From Acholeplasmataceae bacterium UBA6190 (lineage in GTDB: Bacteria; Bacillota_I; Bacilli_A; Acholeplasmatales; Acholeplasmataceae), in assembly GCA_002422045.1 (NCBI GenBank), contig DITG01000051.1:4890-57784 (forward strand): a stretch of 52,895 nt of DNA, read 5' to 3'. The notes under the pieces were generated by a model. It was given only the letters and a program-made list of their open reading frames with translations. It did not search any database and was not told where the DNA came from. This document shows, piece after piece, positions 8,940 to 18,402 of the stretch. Numbering within the stretch: the first letter of the stretch is position 1; every line of letters starts with the position of its first letter. A program made the position numbers and the translations under genes.

Positions 8940-9849
8940 GGTTTAAACCTACCATCTCCATGCTCAAGTCATAGACTTTTTTGCTCATCAGACGATCAGT
9001 TGCATGCTTTGCAGGATTTTCATCGATTGTCAAATTGAAGAATTTTCCAGAAACACCTTGAAGTTCGGGCGATGCGGAAAGATAGTAAAGGGCTTGACCT
9101 GAAATCAGAGGATCTTTTAAGAAGTGAGAAGTGACATGTTTAAAGAAGAATCGATAGAGCCAACCATTATTGCTACCGATGGCTGTTTTTACAGCGCCCG
9201 GATGACAACAGTTGATGGTCACGCCTGTATGCTTGACTTGATCGGACAATTCTAGTGTCGTCAAGAGTTGTGCTGTCTTCGATTGACCGTATCCCTTCAG
9301 ACCGGTATAGATGCGTCTTTTGAAATTGATATCTTTCAATTTGACACCACTGAAACGATGTCCTTCAGAGTTCACTTGAATGATCCTGGATTGACCATCT
9401 TGGATCATTTTTGGAAGGAGTAATTGGGTGAATAGAAAAGTACTCAAATGATTGACGGCAAAACAGAGTTCAATGCCATCCGTGTTGAAGAGTTTCTTGG
9501 TGGAATGAATGCCCACGCTGTTGATTAACACATCGATTTTCGGATACTGAAGGATGATGGTCTCTGCTGCCTTTCTCACATCTTCAAATCGGGCAAAATC
9601 AGCAACCACGATATCCACAGAGATACCATAAGTTTTGATCAGATCTTCTTGAATCGGAAGTGCCTTGGATTTGTTTCTGCAAACCAAGACAAGATTGGAA
9701 TGTGCAGCTGCCAACACTTTGGCAGCCGATAAACCAACACCTGAGGTAGCACCGGTGATGATGGAAAGTTTACCTGCCATGGATTCACTTGTCTGTTTTT
9801 GAACAGCTTTGCTATTTTTCATGAACATCAGTTCATCAGGCCATTTCAT
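8932..9849 (-). CDS. Short-chain dehydrogenase/reductase, retinol-dehydrogenase-like subgroup
   Basis: TGATSGVG, FAVNHL, YGQSK, CHPGAVKT and SGKFF. Overlaps the downstream gene. Confidence 0.88.
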   Translation of the reverse strand: MKWPDELMFMKNSKAVQKQTSESMAGKLSIITGATSGVGLSAAKVLAAAHSNLVLVCRNKSKALPIQEDLIKTYGISVDIVVADFARFEDVRKAAETIILQYPKIDVLINSVGIHSTKKLFNTDGIELCFAVNHLSTFLFTQLLLPKMIQDGQSRIIQVNSEGHRFSGVKLKDINFKRRIYTGLKGYGQSKTAQLLTTLELSDQVKHTGVTINCCHPGAVKTAIGSNNGWLYRFFFKHVTSHFLKDPLISGQALYYLSASPELQGVSGKFFNLTIDENPAKHATDRLMSKKVYDLSMEMVGLNHA

Positions 9850-9868
9850 AGAATAGAGTGCCTACCTT

Positions 9869-10327
9869 TCATCCGAAAAAAACGCGCATAAACCAACGGT
9901 AGAATTTTCGATAGATGGGGATACCATTATTGATGTCACCCCAAATATCATAATAATCTCTTTGTTCGATGATTTGACCATTTTCATGGATGGTCAATCG
10001 TGAACTTTCATACATGGGTGTGCTTGGGAATATTCTGAATTTCATCGTCATGATCCATTCAAACATGATGATATTCTCATTTTGAGTCACATTTAAAATT
10101 TCCATATGCAGACTTCTGCACCGTTTGGTGAGTCTTGCACACATCGCTTTGAAGGGTACTAGACCATTGATTTTTTGAATAGAATCATGGAATCTGATGT
10201 CTTCGTGATAGTATGGGAAAATATGACTCCAGTCGGGTTTCCCCTCTTTATTATACGTTTTTGACCATTCGCTGTAAATGGTATCTACATTGAGAGGTTT
10301 GAGTATTGCTTTCTCGTTGCTTTGCAT
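9869..10327 (-). CDS. NTF2/SnoaL-like family protein
   Basis: YYHEDIRFHDSI..I.G, W.M..K and GQIIEQRDYYD. Confidence 0.8.
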   Translation of the reverse strand: MQSNEKAILKPLNVDTIYSEWSKTYNKEGKPDWSHIFPYYHEDIRFHDSIQKINGLVPFKAMCARLTKRCRSLHMEILNVTQNENIIMFEWIMTMKFRIFPSTPMYESSRLTIHENGQIIEQRDYYDIWGDINNGIPIYRKFYRWFMRVFFG

Positions 10328-10490
10328 GAATCATAACTCCTTCAAGTGAAACATTGTCTAGAGTTATTATAACATGGATTATCATCAGTGTTGTAAGGAT
10401 GCAATCCTGACCAAAGTCATGCCATGGACTCCCATATTTTGTTGTATAATGAGTGTATAGTGCGCAGAATATGTGAGAAAGTGGTGCAAC

Positions 10491-11390
10491 ATGCCGAGTT
10501 TTTTAAGTCGAGTGATTGATTACATACTCAGAAAATCGAGACTCAATCAAAAACTTAGAGAAGAAATTGATCAGAATACCTTGGATCAACATCCGCGAGA
10601 TGTACCTTCTCAAGCTTTGATCAAGAAATATCACATCAAGACTGAATATGTGACCAAACATATCGTATATACATGGTCTATTCAAGAGAAACCTGGAAAA
10701 ATCGGTATTTTCTACTTGCATGGTGGGGCATATGTTCATGGATTAAGCAAGATGCATTTTCGTTTGTTTCAATCACTGATCAAACAAACTGGATGTACCT
10801 TGATTGTTCCTGATTATCCACTGGTACCACATGCATCAGCTGACGAAATTTACTCATTCTTGATAGAGTGTTATGATAACTACATGGATCAGTTTGAGCA
10901 TGTGATCATCATGGGGGATTCAGCCGGTGGAGGGCTCGCATTGGGACTTGCTCAGCAATTGAATCAAGACGGATATCGCAATCATCATTTGATGTTGCTA
11001 TCGCCTTGGCTTGATGTTACCATGGAAAATAAAGAAATTGATTTGATTCAACCTTTGGATCCAATCTTGAACAGAGAGACACTGAAAATCGTTGGAAAGA
11101 TGTATGCAAGAGAGCGTCATCTAAAAGATTCGATGATCAGTCCGCTCTATGGCAGTTTGAAAGGTATCGATTCGATTTCAGTGTGGATTGGGACCAAAGA
11201 TATTCTTTATGCAGATGCATTGGCACTAGAAGCATTAGGAAAAAAGGAATCAGTTTCAATCGATATGAGGATTTATCATGATATGCTTCACACATGGATG
11301 TTTTTTGGATTGAAGGAATCGAGTCAAGCCATCAAAGAAATGGCAGAACACATTCAACAAATACAACAAAACAGAGGAGGACACAAATGA
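10491..11390 (+). CDS. Alpha/beta hydrolase, HSL-family esterase/lipase
   Basis: YLHGGAY, PDYPLVP, GDSAGGGL, SPWLD and catalytic D/H (KDIL, MLHTW). Confidence 0.9.
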   Translation: MPSFLSRVIDYILRKSRLNQKLREEIDQNTLDQHPRDVPSQALIKKYHIKTEYVTKHIVYTWSIQEKPGKIGIFYLHGGAYVHGLSKMHFRLFQSLIKQTGCTLIVPDYPLVPHASADEIYSFLIECYDNYMDQFEHVIIMGDSAGGGLALGLAQQLNQDGYRNHHLMLLSPWLDVTMENKEIDLIQPLDPILNRETLKIVGKMYARERHLKDSMISPLYGSLKGIDSISVWIGTKDILYADALALEALGKKESVSIDMRIYHDMLHTWMFFGLKESSQAIKEMAEHIQQIQQNRGGHK

Positions 11391-11824
11391 TGAACTATCA
11401 AGTTGTTTATTTTTCAAGATCAGGCAATTCAAAGAGAGTTGCTGAAAAAATCGCTTCTCATTTAGGTTCAAGTGCGATTCGAATCGATGATCACAAGTGG
11501 TGGAGAGGTCCTATCGGATACATTAGGGCTGGGTTTTATGCAACCATCGACAAGAAAGTCAACATTACATTATCCGAGCCTTTGAAAGATGGATATTTGT
11601 GTGTCGTTGTTTCTCCTCTTTGGGCAGGAGATACGGCACCAGCAGTCAGGGCGTTTTTTAAGATGTTTCCGAAAGAAAAATCACACCTCGTGGTCACGTC
11701 AATTGGAAGTGCTGTGAGCAATAGAGCATCTTACTTATCGGTTACCGATGTTATCAAACGTCAAGAAAATGAAGAACAAATAATCGAGCAATTGATTCAA
11801 AAATTGAATTCAGTTGAATCATGA
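11387..11824 (+). CDS. Flavodoxin-like protein
   Basis: VYFSRSGNSKRVAEKIA and SPLWAG. ATGA overlap with the esterase stop. Confidence 0.75.
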   Translation: MMNYQVVYFSRSGNSKRVAEKIASHLGSSAIRIDDHKWWRGPIGYIRAGFYATIDKKVNITLSEPLKDGYLCVVVSPLWAGDTAPAVRAFFKMFPKEKSHLVVTSIGSAVSNRASYLSVTDVIKRQENEEQIIEQLIQKLNSVES

Positions 11825-11829
11825 ACAAT

Positions 11830-11854
11830 GCCCATCGTCACTGATGGGTTTTTT
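11830..11854 (+). terminator. Intrinsic terminator
   Basis: GCCCATC-gtcact-GATGGGT-T5. Confidence 0.7.
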
Positions 11855-11977
11855 CTTTGAATATCAACCATGAGTGATAACCAATGTACAAATAAAATAT
11901 TAAGAAAATAGAAAAAATAAACAATAATGATTGCTTTTTGTAGTCTCAGCAGGTATCATAATCTATGGTGATCAAAA

Positions 11978-13636
11978 ATGAAAGAACAACATAAAAAAAT
12001 AGTCGTGATCGGTGGAGTCGCCGGAGGTATGAGCTTTGCGACAAGGTACCGAAGACTCAATCAGGAAGATGAAATCATCATCTTTGAAAAAGGACCCTAT
12101 GTTTCATTCGCAAACTGTGGTCTTCCTTATTACATGTCTGGTGAAATCAGCACCAGAAGTGCATTACTCGTCGTCAGAGAACAACTTTTGAAAGATCGAT
12201 TCAGACTGGATATCAGATCCAATGCTGAAGTCATCTCGATTGATCCTTTGAACAAAACCATTCAGTACACATTCCAAAATAATGTTCACACGGAAAACTA
12301 CGACGAACTGATCATATCGACAGGTGCTAAACCAATTGTACTCAAGATGGAAGGAACGATGACGATTCCAAGCTTCTCATTGAGAAATATCCCCGATCTT
12401 GATCAAATCATGAAATTCATCAAGACAAATCAGCCCAAACATGCAACCATCATTGGCGCAGGATATATCGGATTAGAAGTTGCTGAAAACTTAATCAAGA
12501 AAGGTTTGTCGGTTGCAATCATCGAAAAGTCAACAGAAGTACTGCCTATTGTTGATCCTGAAATGGGCATCATGATCAGAGAAGAACTCGAAAAAAACGG
12601 AGTTAAAGTCTTTGTCAATGATGAACTCATCTCATTCAATCAGAATCAGGGCACTTTGAAATCGGGAACCATCATTGAAACGGATTTCATCATATCAGCG
12701 ATTGGTGTGAACCCAGATACCCAACTTGCCATAGCATCAAAGATCAAGACGGGCATGAGAGGTGGAATCATCATCGATGAACGTTATCGGACTTCTCTTG
12801 ATCATATCTATGCAGTTGGCGATGCAGTCATAGTTCAAAACCAAGTGTCTGGCGTGGACACACTCATACCGCTGGCATCCCCAGCCAACAGACAAGGCAG
12901 ACAACTTGCAGATATCTTAAGCGGATTATCTGTCACAAACAAAGGCACACTCGGAACCTCCATCGTTAAGGTGTTTGACTTGAGTCTGGCAGCAACAGGA
13001 CTGAGTGAAAAACAACTCAAGGATCAATCCTACCAAGTCATCCATTTGAATTCAAATGATCATGCAAGCTATTATCCGCATGCTACTCCTATCTATTTGA
13101 AAGTCATTTTCGATCCAAGAACAGAACGTATTCTCGGAGCACAAGCTGTCGGTCAAAAAGGCGTTGATAAGCGGATTGACATCCTAGCGACAGCCATCAA
13201 AGGTAAGATCAAAGTCACAGATCTTCAGGAACTTGAACTGTCTTATGCACCGCCTTATTCAAGTGCAAAAGACATTGTCAATCTGGCAGGTTATGTGGCA
13301 TCCAATGTCATATTAGGTATCACAAAGACGGTTCAGTGGTATGAAGTGAAAAAGTTCATTGACAATCATGAAGATGTTATCTTTGTCGATGTCAGACCGA
13401 TGTTTGAAAGTGATGCATACGGCAAAATAAAAAACTCAATCAACCTAGATATCGATAAACTCAGTCAAACTTACCAAGAAATACCCCAACATCAAAAAGT
13501 AATTGTCTACTGTGATACAGGCATCAAAGGTTACAATGCAGAACGTCTTTTAAGATCCAAAGGCTATGATGTTTACAACATCGATGGCGGATTTCACTAC
13601 ATATCAAAAATGTTAAAGGAGCATATCAATGGTTAA
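11978..13636 (+). CDS. CoA-disulfide reductase with C-terminal rhodanese domain
   Basis: GGVAGG, SFANCGLPYY, GAGYIGLE, YAPPYSSAKD; rhodanese DVR...VYCDTG. Confidence 0.92.
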   Translation: MKEQHKKIVVIGGVAGGMSFATRYRRLNQEDEIIIFEKGPYVSFANCGLPYYMSGEISTRSALLVVREQLLKDRFRLDIRSNAEVISIDPLNKTIQYTFQNNVHTENYDELIISTGAKPIVLKMEGTMTIPSFSLRNIPDLDQIMKFIKTNQPKHATIIGAGYIGLEVAENLIKKGLSVAIIEKSTEVLPIVDPEMGIMIREELEKNGVKVFVNDELISFNQNQGTLKSGTIIETDFIISAIGVNPDTQLAIASKIKTGMRGGIIIDERYRTSLDHIYAVGDAVIVQNQVSGVDTLIPLASPANRQGRQLADILSGLSVTNKGTLGTSIVKVFDLSLAATGLSEKQLKDQSYQVIHLNSNDHASYYPHATPIYLKVIFDPRTERILGAQAVGQKGVDKRIDILATAIKGKIKVTDLQELELSYAPPYSSAKDIVNLAGYVASNVILGITKTVQWYEVKKFIDNHEDVIFVDVRPMFESDAYGKIKNSINLDIDKLSQTYQEIPQHQKVIVYCDTGIKGYNAERLLRSKGYDVYNIDGGFHYISKMLKEHING

Positions 13637-13928
13637 AAATGTCAGAATGAACGAGCTTGAACAAGCAATCAAAGCAGGACATGCAAGTGTGATTGATTGC
13701 AGAGAAACGTATGAATACGAAGAAGGACACATTCCAGGAGCAATCAACACACCGACTTCTGAATTCTTGAATTATATACATTTGATTGATAAGACCAAAC
13801 ATCATTTCATCATTTGCTTGACAGGTGCTAGATCCCAAATGGTTTCCAGATATCTTGATCAACAAGGATATCAAGTCTCGAATGTGCTCGGTGGCATGAT
13901 TGTTTATCACGGCGACATCGAAGAATAA
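13629..13928 (+). CDS. Rhodanese-like sulfurtransferase
   Basis: IDCRE..EY..GHIPGAIN, ICLTGARS and LGGM. Confidence 0.9.
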   Translation: MVKNVRMNELEQAIKAGHASVIDCRETYEYEEGHIPGAINTPTSEFLNYIHLIDKTKHHFIICLTGARSQMVSRYLDQQGYQVSNVLGGMIVYHGDIEE

Positions 13929-13954
13929 ATCCAGTGTGTTCTCACAGGAAAAGA

Positions 13955-13984
13955 AAAAGTCTGCTCATCCAGAAGCAGACTTTT
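13955..13984. terminator. Bidirectional terminator
   Basis: AAAAGTCTGCT-8 nt-AGCAGACTTTT. Confidence 0.75.
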
Positions 13985-13988
13985 AATT

Positions 13989-14450
13989 TTATGTGATATC
14001 GTTTTTTACTGCGTTGTTGTTCTGGAATGTGATGAAGAGCAGTGTCATAAAAAGGCACATCGATAACACATATAGTGTCAATACCACTGTCATATAACTG
14101 ATTCTGATGATCGAAATAAACATCAAAAAACTTACAATCAATCCGATGAAGGAAAAAATCATCTGTGCGACGTTGAGAGAATCCAATTTGGTCCTTGATG
14201 GATTCGGATGCATGCTGTATCGATAGCGCAACCACATCAATAGAATTGAAAAAATGATGATCAAAGCACTGGATACTAGAATGATCATGAAGATAGCAAC
14301 GACGATGATTATTGCAAATGGATGGTTTTCCCCGGATCCTAAATCACGAAATGTCAGCAAGGACATTGTGACAAACGCCCCATGAATCAAGATAATCACC
14401 AACAAATTGATCAAATTAATCTTGGATAGTCCATTGATTTTCAGCTTCAT
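13989..14450 (-). CDS. Hypothetical 4-TM membrane protein
   Basis: Hydrophobic ORF with RBS GAGGGG; no recognised family. Confidence 0.65.
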   Translation of the reverse strand: MKLKINGLSKINLINLLVIILIHGAFVTMSLLTFRDLGSGENHPFAIIIVVAIFMIILVSSALIIIFSILLMWLRYRYSMHPNPSRTKLDSLNVAQMIFSFIGLIVSFLMFISIIRISYMTVVLTLYVLSMCLFMTLLFITFQNNNAVKNDIT

Positions 14451-14550
14451 AGTGTACCCCCTCGTTTATTTTAGATTATATCATGGAGTGCATTGATTGG
14501 CAAACCCCGATTTTTTATAGCCATTTTTGAGAATCCTAAATCAGACAAAT

Positions 14551-14582
14551 AAAAAGCCAATTTCCAAGCGGAAACTGGCTTT
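14551..14582 (-). terminator. Terminator of the phn operon
   Basis: AGCCAaTTTCC-aagc-GGAAAcTGGCT with an A-tract on the + strand. Confidence 0.65.
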
Positions 14583-14600
14583 GAGTACTGAATTTGATGA

Positions 14601-15422
14601 TTATCTCTTGCCGTAAATCAATCGCTTTCTCAGACTTGCTGATGAAAACTCGATGATCATGACGACAATGATGATTCCCCATAGGAATGCGGCAGCATCC
14701 CTATATCTGAAATTACCAATAGCTGCCTGAAGCTCGAATCCAAGTCTTCCTGCACCAATTAAGCCTAGAATAATCGCATTTCTGACGTTGATATCAAATC
14801 GGTAGAGTGAGTTCGAAACGAAATTTGCAAACAACTGAGGAATGATACCTGTTCTTAATTTTTGGACAGCAGTTGCTCCAGTAGAATCCAATGCTTCAAG
14901 AATGCCCTTATCCATATCTTCAACGTTTTCAGTATATAGTTTCGTGAGCATGCCAGTTGATGTAAATCCGATGGCGAGCACACCTGCAAATACACCAGGT
15001 CCAACGACTCGAATGAAGATTAGCCCTATGACAAAGAATGGCATGGTTCTGATGAAAACAACCAATATGCTGACTAAAAATGCAACGAAAGAATTGGTAA
15101 TGTTTCTGCTACCCAAAAAGCTTAACGGGATGGCCAAGAGGGTACCGATGATGGTGCCTAGAAAAGCAACCATCAAGGTTTCAAACATCAGATAAGGCAC
15201 ATGATAGTTTTTTAAAGAGAATAGCTTATCCCAAGTCGGATTGATCAGTCCTCTGAACATGCGTGTGACGATGTCTAGTCCGGTTTCACTAATCAATGGA
15301 CCTTGAATTACAGGAATACTCCAATAAAAGAGATAGAAAATGAATGCTGTAAGCACAAGTTTGAAAACCAATGTTTTTGGTCGGCTATGATATTTTTTGA
15401 TGACTTCTAATGAATAGTCCAT
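14601..15422 (-). CDS. phnE: Phosphonate/phosphate-ester ABC transporter permease
   Basis: ETL..AFLGT, IRTMP, EALDSTGA, YRFDINVR and LGLIGAG.LG. Confidence 0.9.
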   Translation of the reverse strand: MDYSLEVIKKYHSRPKTLVFKLVLTAFIFYLFYWSIPVIQGPLISETGLDIVTRMFRGLINPTWDKLFSLKNYHVPYLMFETLMVAFLGTIIGTLLAIPLSFLGSRNITNSFVAFLVSILVVFIRTMPFFVIGLIFIRVVGPGVFAGVLAIGFTSTGMLTKLYTENVEDMDKGILEALDSTGATAVQKLRTGIIPQLFANFVSNSLYRFDINVRNAIILGLIGAGRLGFELQAAIGNFRYRDAAAFLWGIIIVVMIIEFSSASLRKRLIYGKR

Positions 15423-15423
15423 A

Positions 15424-16302
15424 TTAGGTCAACTTCTTTCTTAAAAATCTGGAGAGTGTTTCGATGAGAATAATCACTGCAAACAAGACGAGCAAGATCA
15501 TACCAACATCTTCATATCGTCTCCAGCTGATTCTGTCATTCAAAAGTAAACCAATACCTCCGGCACCGACGAAACCGAGGATAGCTGCACTTCTGACGTT
15601 AATTTCAAAGTTATAAAGCACAATCGATAAGAAACTACCAAGTACTTGAGGGACAACAGCGGTTCTGACCGCTTGCAGTTTGTTAGCGCCTGTCGATTCA
15701 ATCGCCTCATAAGGCAGCATATCAACAGTTTCAATGACTTCATAAAGCATCTTGGTCACAATTGTGAAGGTGAAAATGGACAATGCGATCAGTCCGGCCA
15801 TTGCACCCATGCCGATGATGAACATCAACATTGCAGCATAGACTAGAACTGGAATGGTTCTAATCAGTGACATGACAAATCGAATTGGGTTATAGATCGC
15901 TGATTTTTTAACGATATTAGAAGAAGAGAGTACTGCAACAGGTACTGCAAGTGCAGAACCAATCAATGTACCTCCAACAGATAGTTGAATGGTTTCAACA
16001 AGCGGTGCGAAGATGCGTGCGGTGTAAGCAAAATTGGGTTTGATCAAACGTGAAATGATGCGCCACATGTTACCGAGATTTCCAAAAAACTGGATCAGGT
16101 CAACATCGGTTGCGATGATGGCAAGGACAAACACAATGAAAAGAACAAGCACAATGAATAATGTGACAGGATAGGGTTCTACGACTTCAAAATCCTTGGT
16201 TTTATGGGTTCTGGCAGACTTTGAAACGTAGGGCATAAAGATTTCTTTTATGACTTCTTTAAACCTTTCGAAAAAAGGTTTTTTGTCTGACTTGTGACTC
16301 AT
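15424..16302 (-). CDS. phnE: Phosphonate/phosphate-ester ABC transporter permease
   Basis: IRTIP, EAIESTGA and YNFEINVRSAAILGFVGAGGIG. Confidence 0.9.
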   Translation of the reverse strand: MSHKSDKKPFFERFKEVIKEIFMPYVSKSARTHKTKDFEVVEPYPVTLFIVLVLFIVFVLAIIATDVDLIQFFGNLGNMWRIISRLIKPNFAYTARIFAPLVETIQLSVGGTLIGSALAVPVAVLSSSNIVKKSAIYNPIRFVMSLIRTIPVLVYAAMLMFIIGMGAMAGLIALSIFTFTIVTKMLYEVIETVDMLPYEAIESTGANKLQAVRTAVVPQVLGSFLSIVLYNFEINVRSAAILGFVGAGGIGLLLNDRISWRRYEDVGMILLVLFAVIILIETLSRFLRKKLT

Positions 16303-17081
16303 AATACTTCAACCTTTTTGAACATGATATCATCTTCCGTGAGTTCACGGTTATAAATCTTCTTGAGTACTTCCTCATTGACATTCTTGACAGGTCCGTC
16401 AAATACAATTTCACCGCCACGAATACCAATGACGCGGTTGACGAACTTTAAAGCAACGTCAACGTGATGCATGTTGGCAATGATGGTAATCTTATAAGTT
16501 TCATTGATACGCTTAAAGTCAGTCATGATCATATCAGCTGTGACTGGGTCAAGGGATGCCACCGGTTCATCAGCCAAAATGATGGAAGGATCTTGAGCAA
16601 GCGTGCGCGACAAAGCGACTCTTTGCATCTGTCCGCCAGAGAGTTGATCACATCTGATGAATGCCTTATCTAGAATACCGACTTTGTTCAAGGCTTCAAG
16701 AGCATCAAGATGATCCTTTTTCGAGTAATATCCGAAAATAGAAGGGATAAAACCCTTATCTGCGATTTTTGCTGCAAGCACGTTTTTAATGACTGTTGTA
16801 CGCTCAACAAGGTTGAACGATTGAAAAACCATGCCAATGTGACGTCTGAATTGACGGAGTGGCAATCCTTTCAAGGTTTCATCGACAACGACATTGTTGA
16901 CGATGAGTTGACCTGATGTGGGTTCAATCATTTTATTCACCAAACGAATCAACGTTGATTTGCCAGCGCCGCTCAAACCAATGATGGCAACAAATTCACC
17001 TTGCTTGATCTCCAGGCTGACATTCTTGAGTGCTACAGTCCCATTCGGATATTGCTTACCTACATTTTTAAATACGATCAT
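16299..17081 (-). CDS. phnC: Phosphonate ABC transporter ATP-binding protein
   Basis: GLSGAGKST, FQSFNLV, LSGGQMQR and ADEPVASLDP. Confidence 0.92.
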   Translation of the reverse strand: MIVFKNVGKQYPNGTVALKNVSLEIKQGEFVAIIGLSGAGKSTLIRLVNKMIEPTSGQLIVNNVVVDETLKGLPLRQFRRHIGMVFQSFNLVERTTVIKNVLAAKIADKGFIPSIFGYYSKKDHLDALEALNKVGILDKAFIRCDQLSGGQMQRVALSRTLAQDPSIILADEPVASLDPVTADMIMTDFKRINETYKITIIANMHHVDVALKFVNRVIGIRGGEIVFDGPVKNVNEEVLKKIYNRELTEDDIMFKKVEVL

Positions 17082-17105
17082 ATGTTTGCTCCCTAGATGA
17101 GAATA

Positions 17106-17133
17106 GAAGGCTAGCTTTTATTCACTAGCCTTC
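17106..17133. other. Intergenic stem-loop between phnD and phnC
   Basis: GAAGGCTAG-10 nt-CTAGCCTTC; position typical of hairpins that stabilise binding-protein mRNA. Confidence 0.6.
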
Positions 17134-17171
17134 ACCCTCTATTGTATTGTAGTTAGATTAAATTGTGTTAA

Positions 17172-18191
17172 TTAATTGCCTAAAACGATACTTTGAGCGA
17201 TACGAGCTGGTTCGTAGTCTTCATCGGAAACGATAGCGTAACCTGTGTGGCTATAAACTGCGAATACAGCCAAACCTTCTGGAGTTGCTACCAAAGCCTT
17301 GAATACATCTTGTAAATCCTTCTTCAATTGGCTATTGACAGTCTTGTTTGATACGGCTATCGTGTCATTGAAGATACCTGGAGTGACGATGATGACATCA
17401 GTTTCAGCCCAAATGGACGCAGGACGGTTGTATCCGCCTTCACCAGTGGAACTCCATTGTGTCTGATAGTCTCTTCTAGCATCAGCATATAATGTGACTA
17501 CGTCATATGTACCGGCTGCAAGACCAGCGAGTGCGTTACCATAACCGCCAGCTGGAGCTGCTTGAGAAAGGTCAGAAACGAGTTTTTCAAAGTTTTGATA
17601 TAACCAAACTGCTGGATAAACTGTACCTGCAGATGAAGTTGCACCTTGAATACCCCATTTAGCACTGTTTACGTCTGCCCAAGTCAGAGGAGTACCAGCG
17701 TTAACTTTAGCTGCAAGTTCTCTACCTTTGACAGAAGGACCAGCAACAACGATTGAACGGTAGTATGTGACTTGATTTTCAAGTGGCAGTGTAGCTAAAC
17801 CATCATTCCAGTCTTTAGCGTTTGCAGAGTCTTTGTTCAGACCAGCGCGTGTTGCAGCTAGAATAACATCGATATTGCCATCTTCGGAATAGAGGGCATA
17901 GGTTCCGCCAGGTAAGAATGCGATATCAGTAGTACCAGCATCGAGTGCTTCGCCAGCTGCTTCGTAAGTTGCAGAGACTTCAACAGTGACTGATTCGAGT
18001 TTGGAATAACCTTTTTCAATCAACGCTTCGAGAAGCATTTCTTCTAGTGGTTCAACAAATTCTAGGATTGCTGCTGGGTCTCTTGAAGGCACGAATGTGA
18101 TCTTCAGAGATGTGATGTCCTTAGGATTAGAACATGCTGCAAGGCTGAATACGGATAAAACGAATAGAAACGCAAGAAACAATTTCTTCAT
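17172..18191 (-). CDS. phnD: PhnD-family substrate-binding lipoprotein
   Basis: Lipobox LAAC, FVPS, YEAAGEAL..GT.DIAF, SSAG..YP and IFND. Confidence 0.88.
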   Translation of the reverse strand: MKKLFLAFLFVLSVFSLAACSNPKDITSLKITFVPSRDPAAILEFVEPLEEMLLEALIEKGYSKLESVTVEVSATYEAAGEALDAGTTDIAFLPGGTYALYSEDGNIDVILAATRAGLNKDSANAKDWNDGLATLPLENQVTYYRSIVVAGPSVKGRELAAKVNAGTPLTWADVNSAKWGIQGATSSAGTVYPAVWLYQNFEKLVSDLSQAAPAGGYGNALAGLAAGTYDVVTLYADARRDYQTQWSSTGEGGYNRPASIWAETDVIIVTPGIFNDTIAVSNKTVNSQLKKDLQDVFKALVATPEGLAVFAVYSHTGYAIVSDEDYEPARIAQSIVLGN

Positions 18192-18313
18192 AAATCCACT
18201 TATCTCCCTTTGTTTTTTTTAATATGCATCCGTAACTATTTATAGTTAGGCACACACCATGTTTTTATTATAACCTATTTTGGTATCTTGTAAACCTTAT
18301 TTTGCAATATCGA

Positions 18314-18330
18314 TGTCATGAAAATGTCAT
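18314..18330 (+). promoter_or_regulatory. Pho-box-like direct repeat
   Basis: TGTCAT-gaaaa-TGTCAT with an 11-bp period in the phnD/nucleotidase divergent region. Confidence 0.5.
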
Positions 18331-18402
18331 TCATTTGTATGTATACGTTTTCATGAGGAGTGATGACTTCATGTATAATAGAGATGAATTGAGGATACAA
18401 AC

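Noticed and set aside
14499..14530. GGCAAACC resembling the start of a c-di-GMP-I riboswitch
   Set aside because: The GNRA stem and second hairpin are absent, and the orientation is opposite to the adjacent gene.
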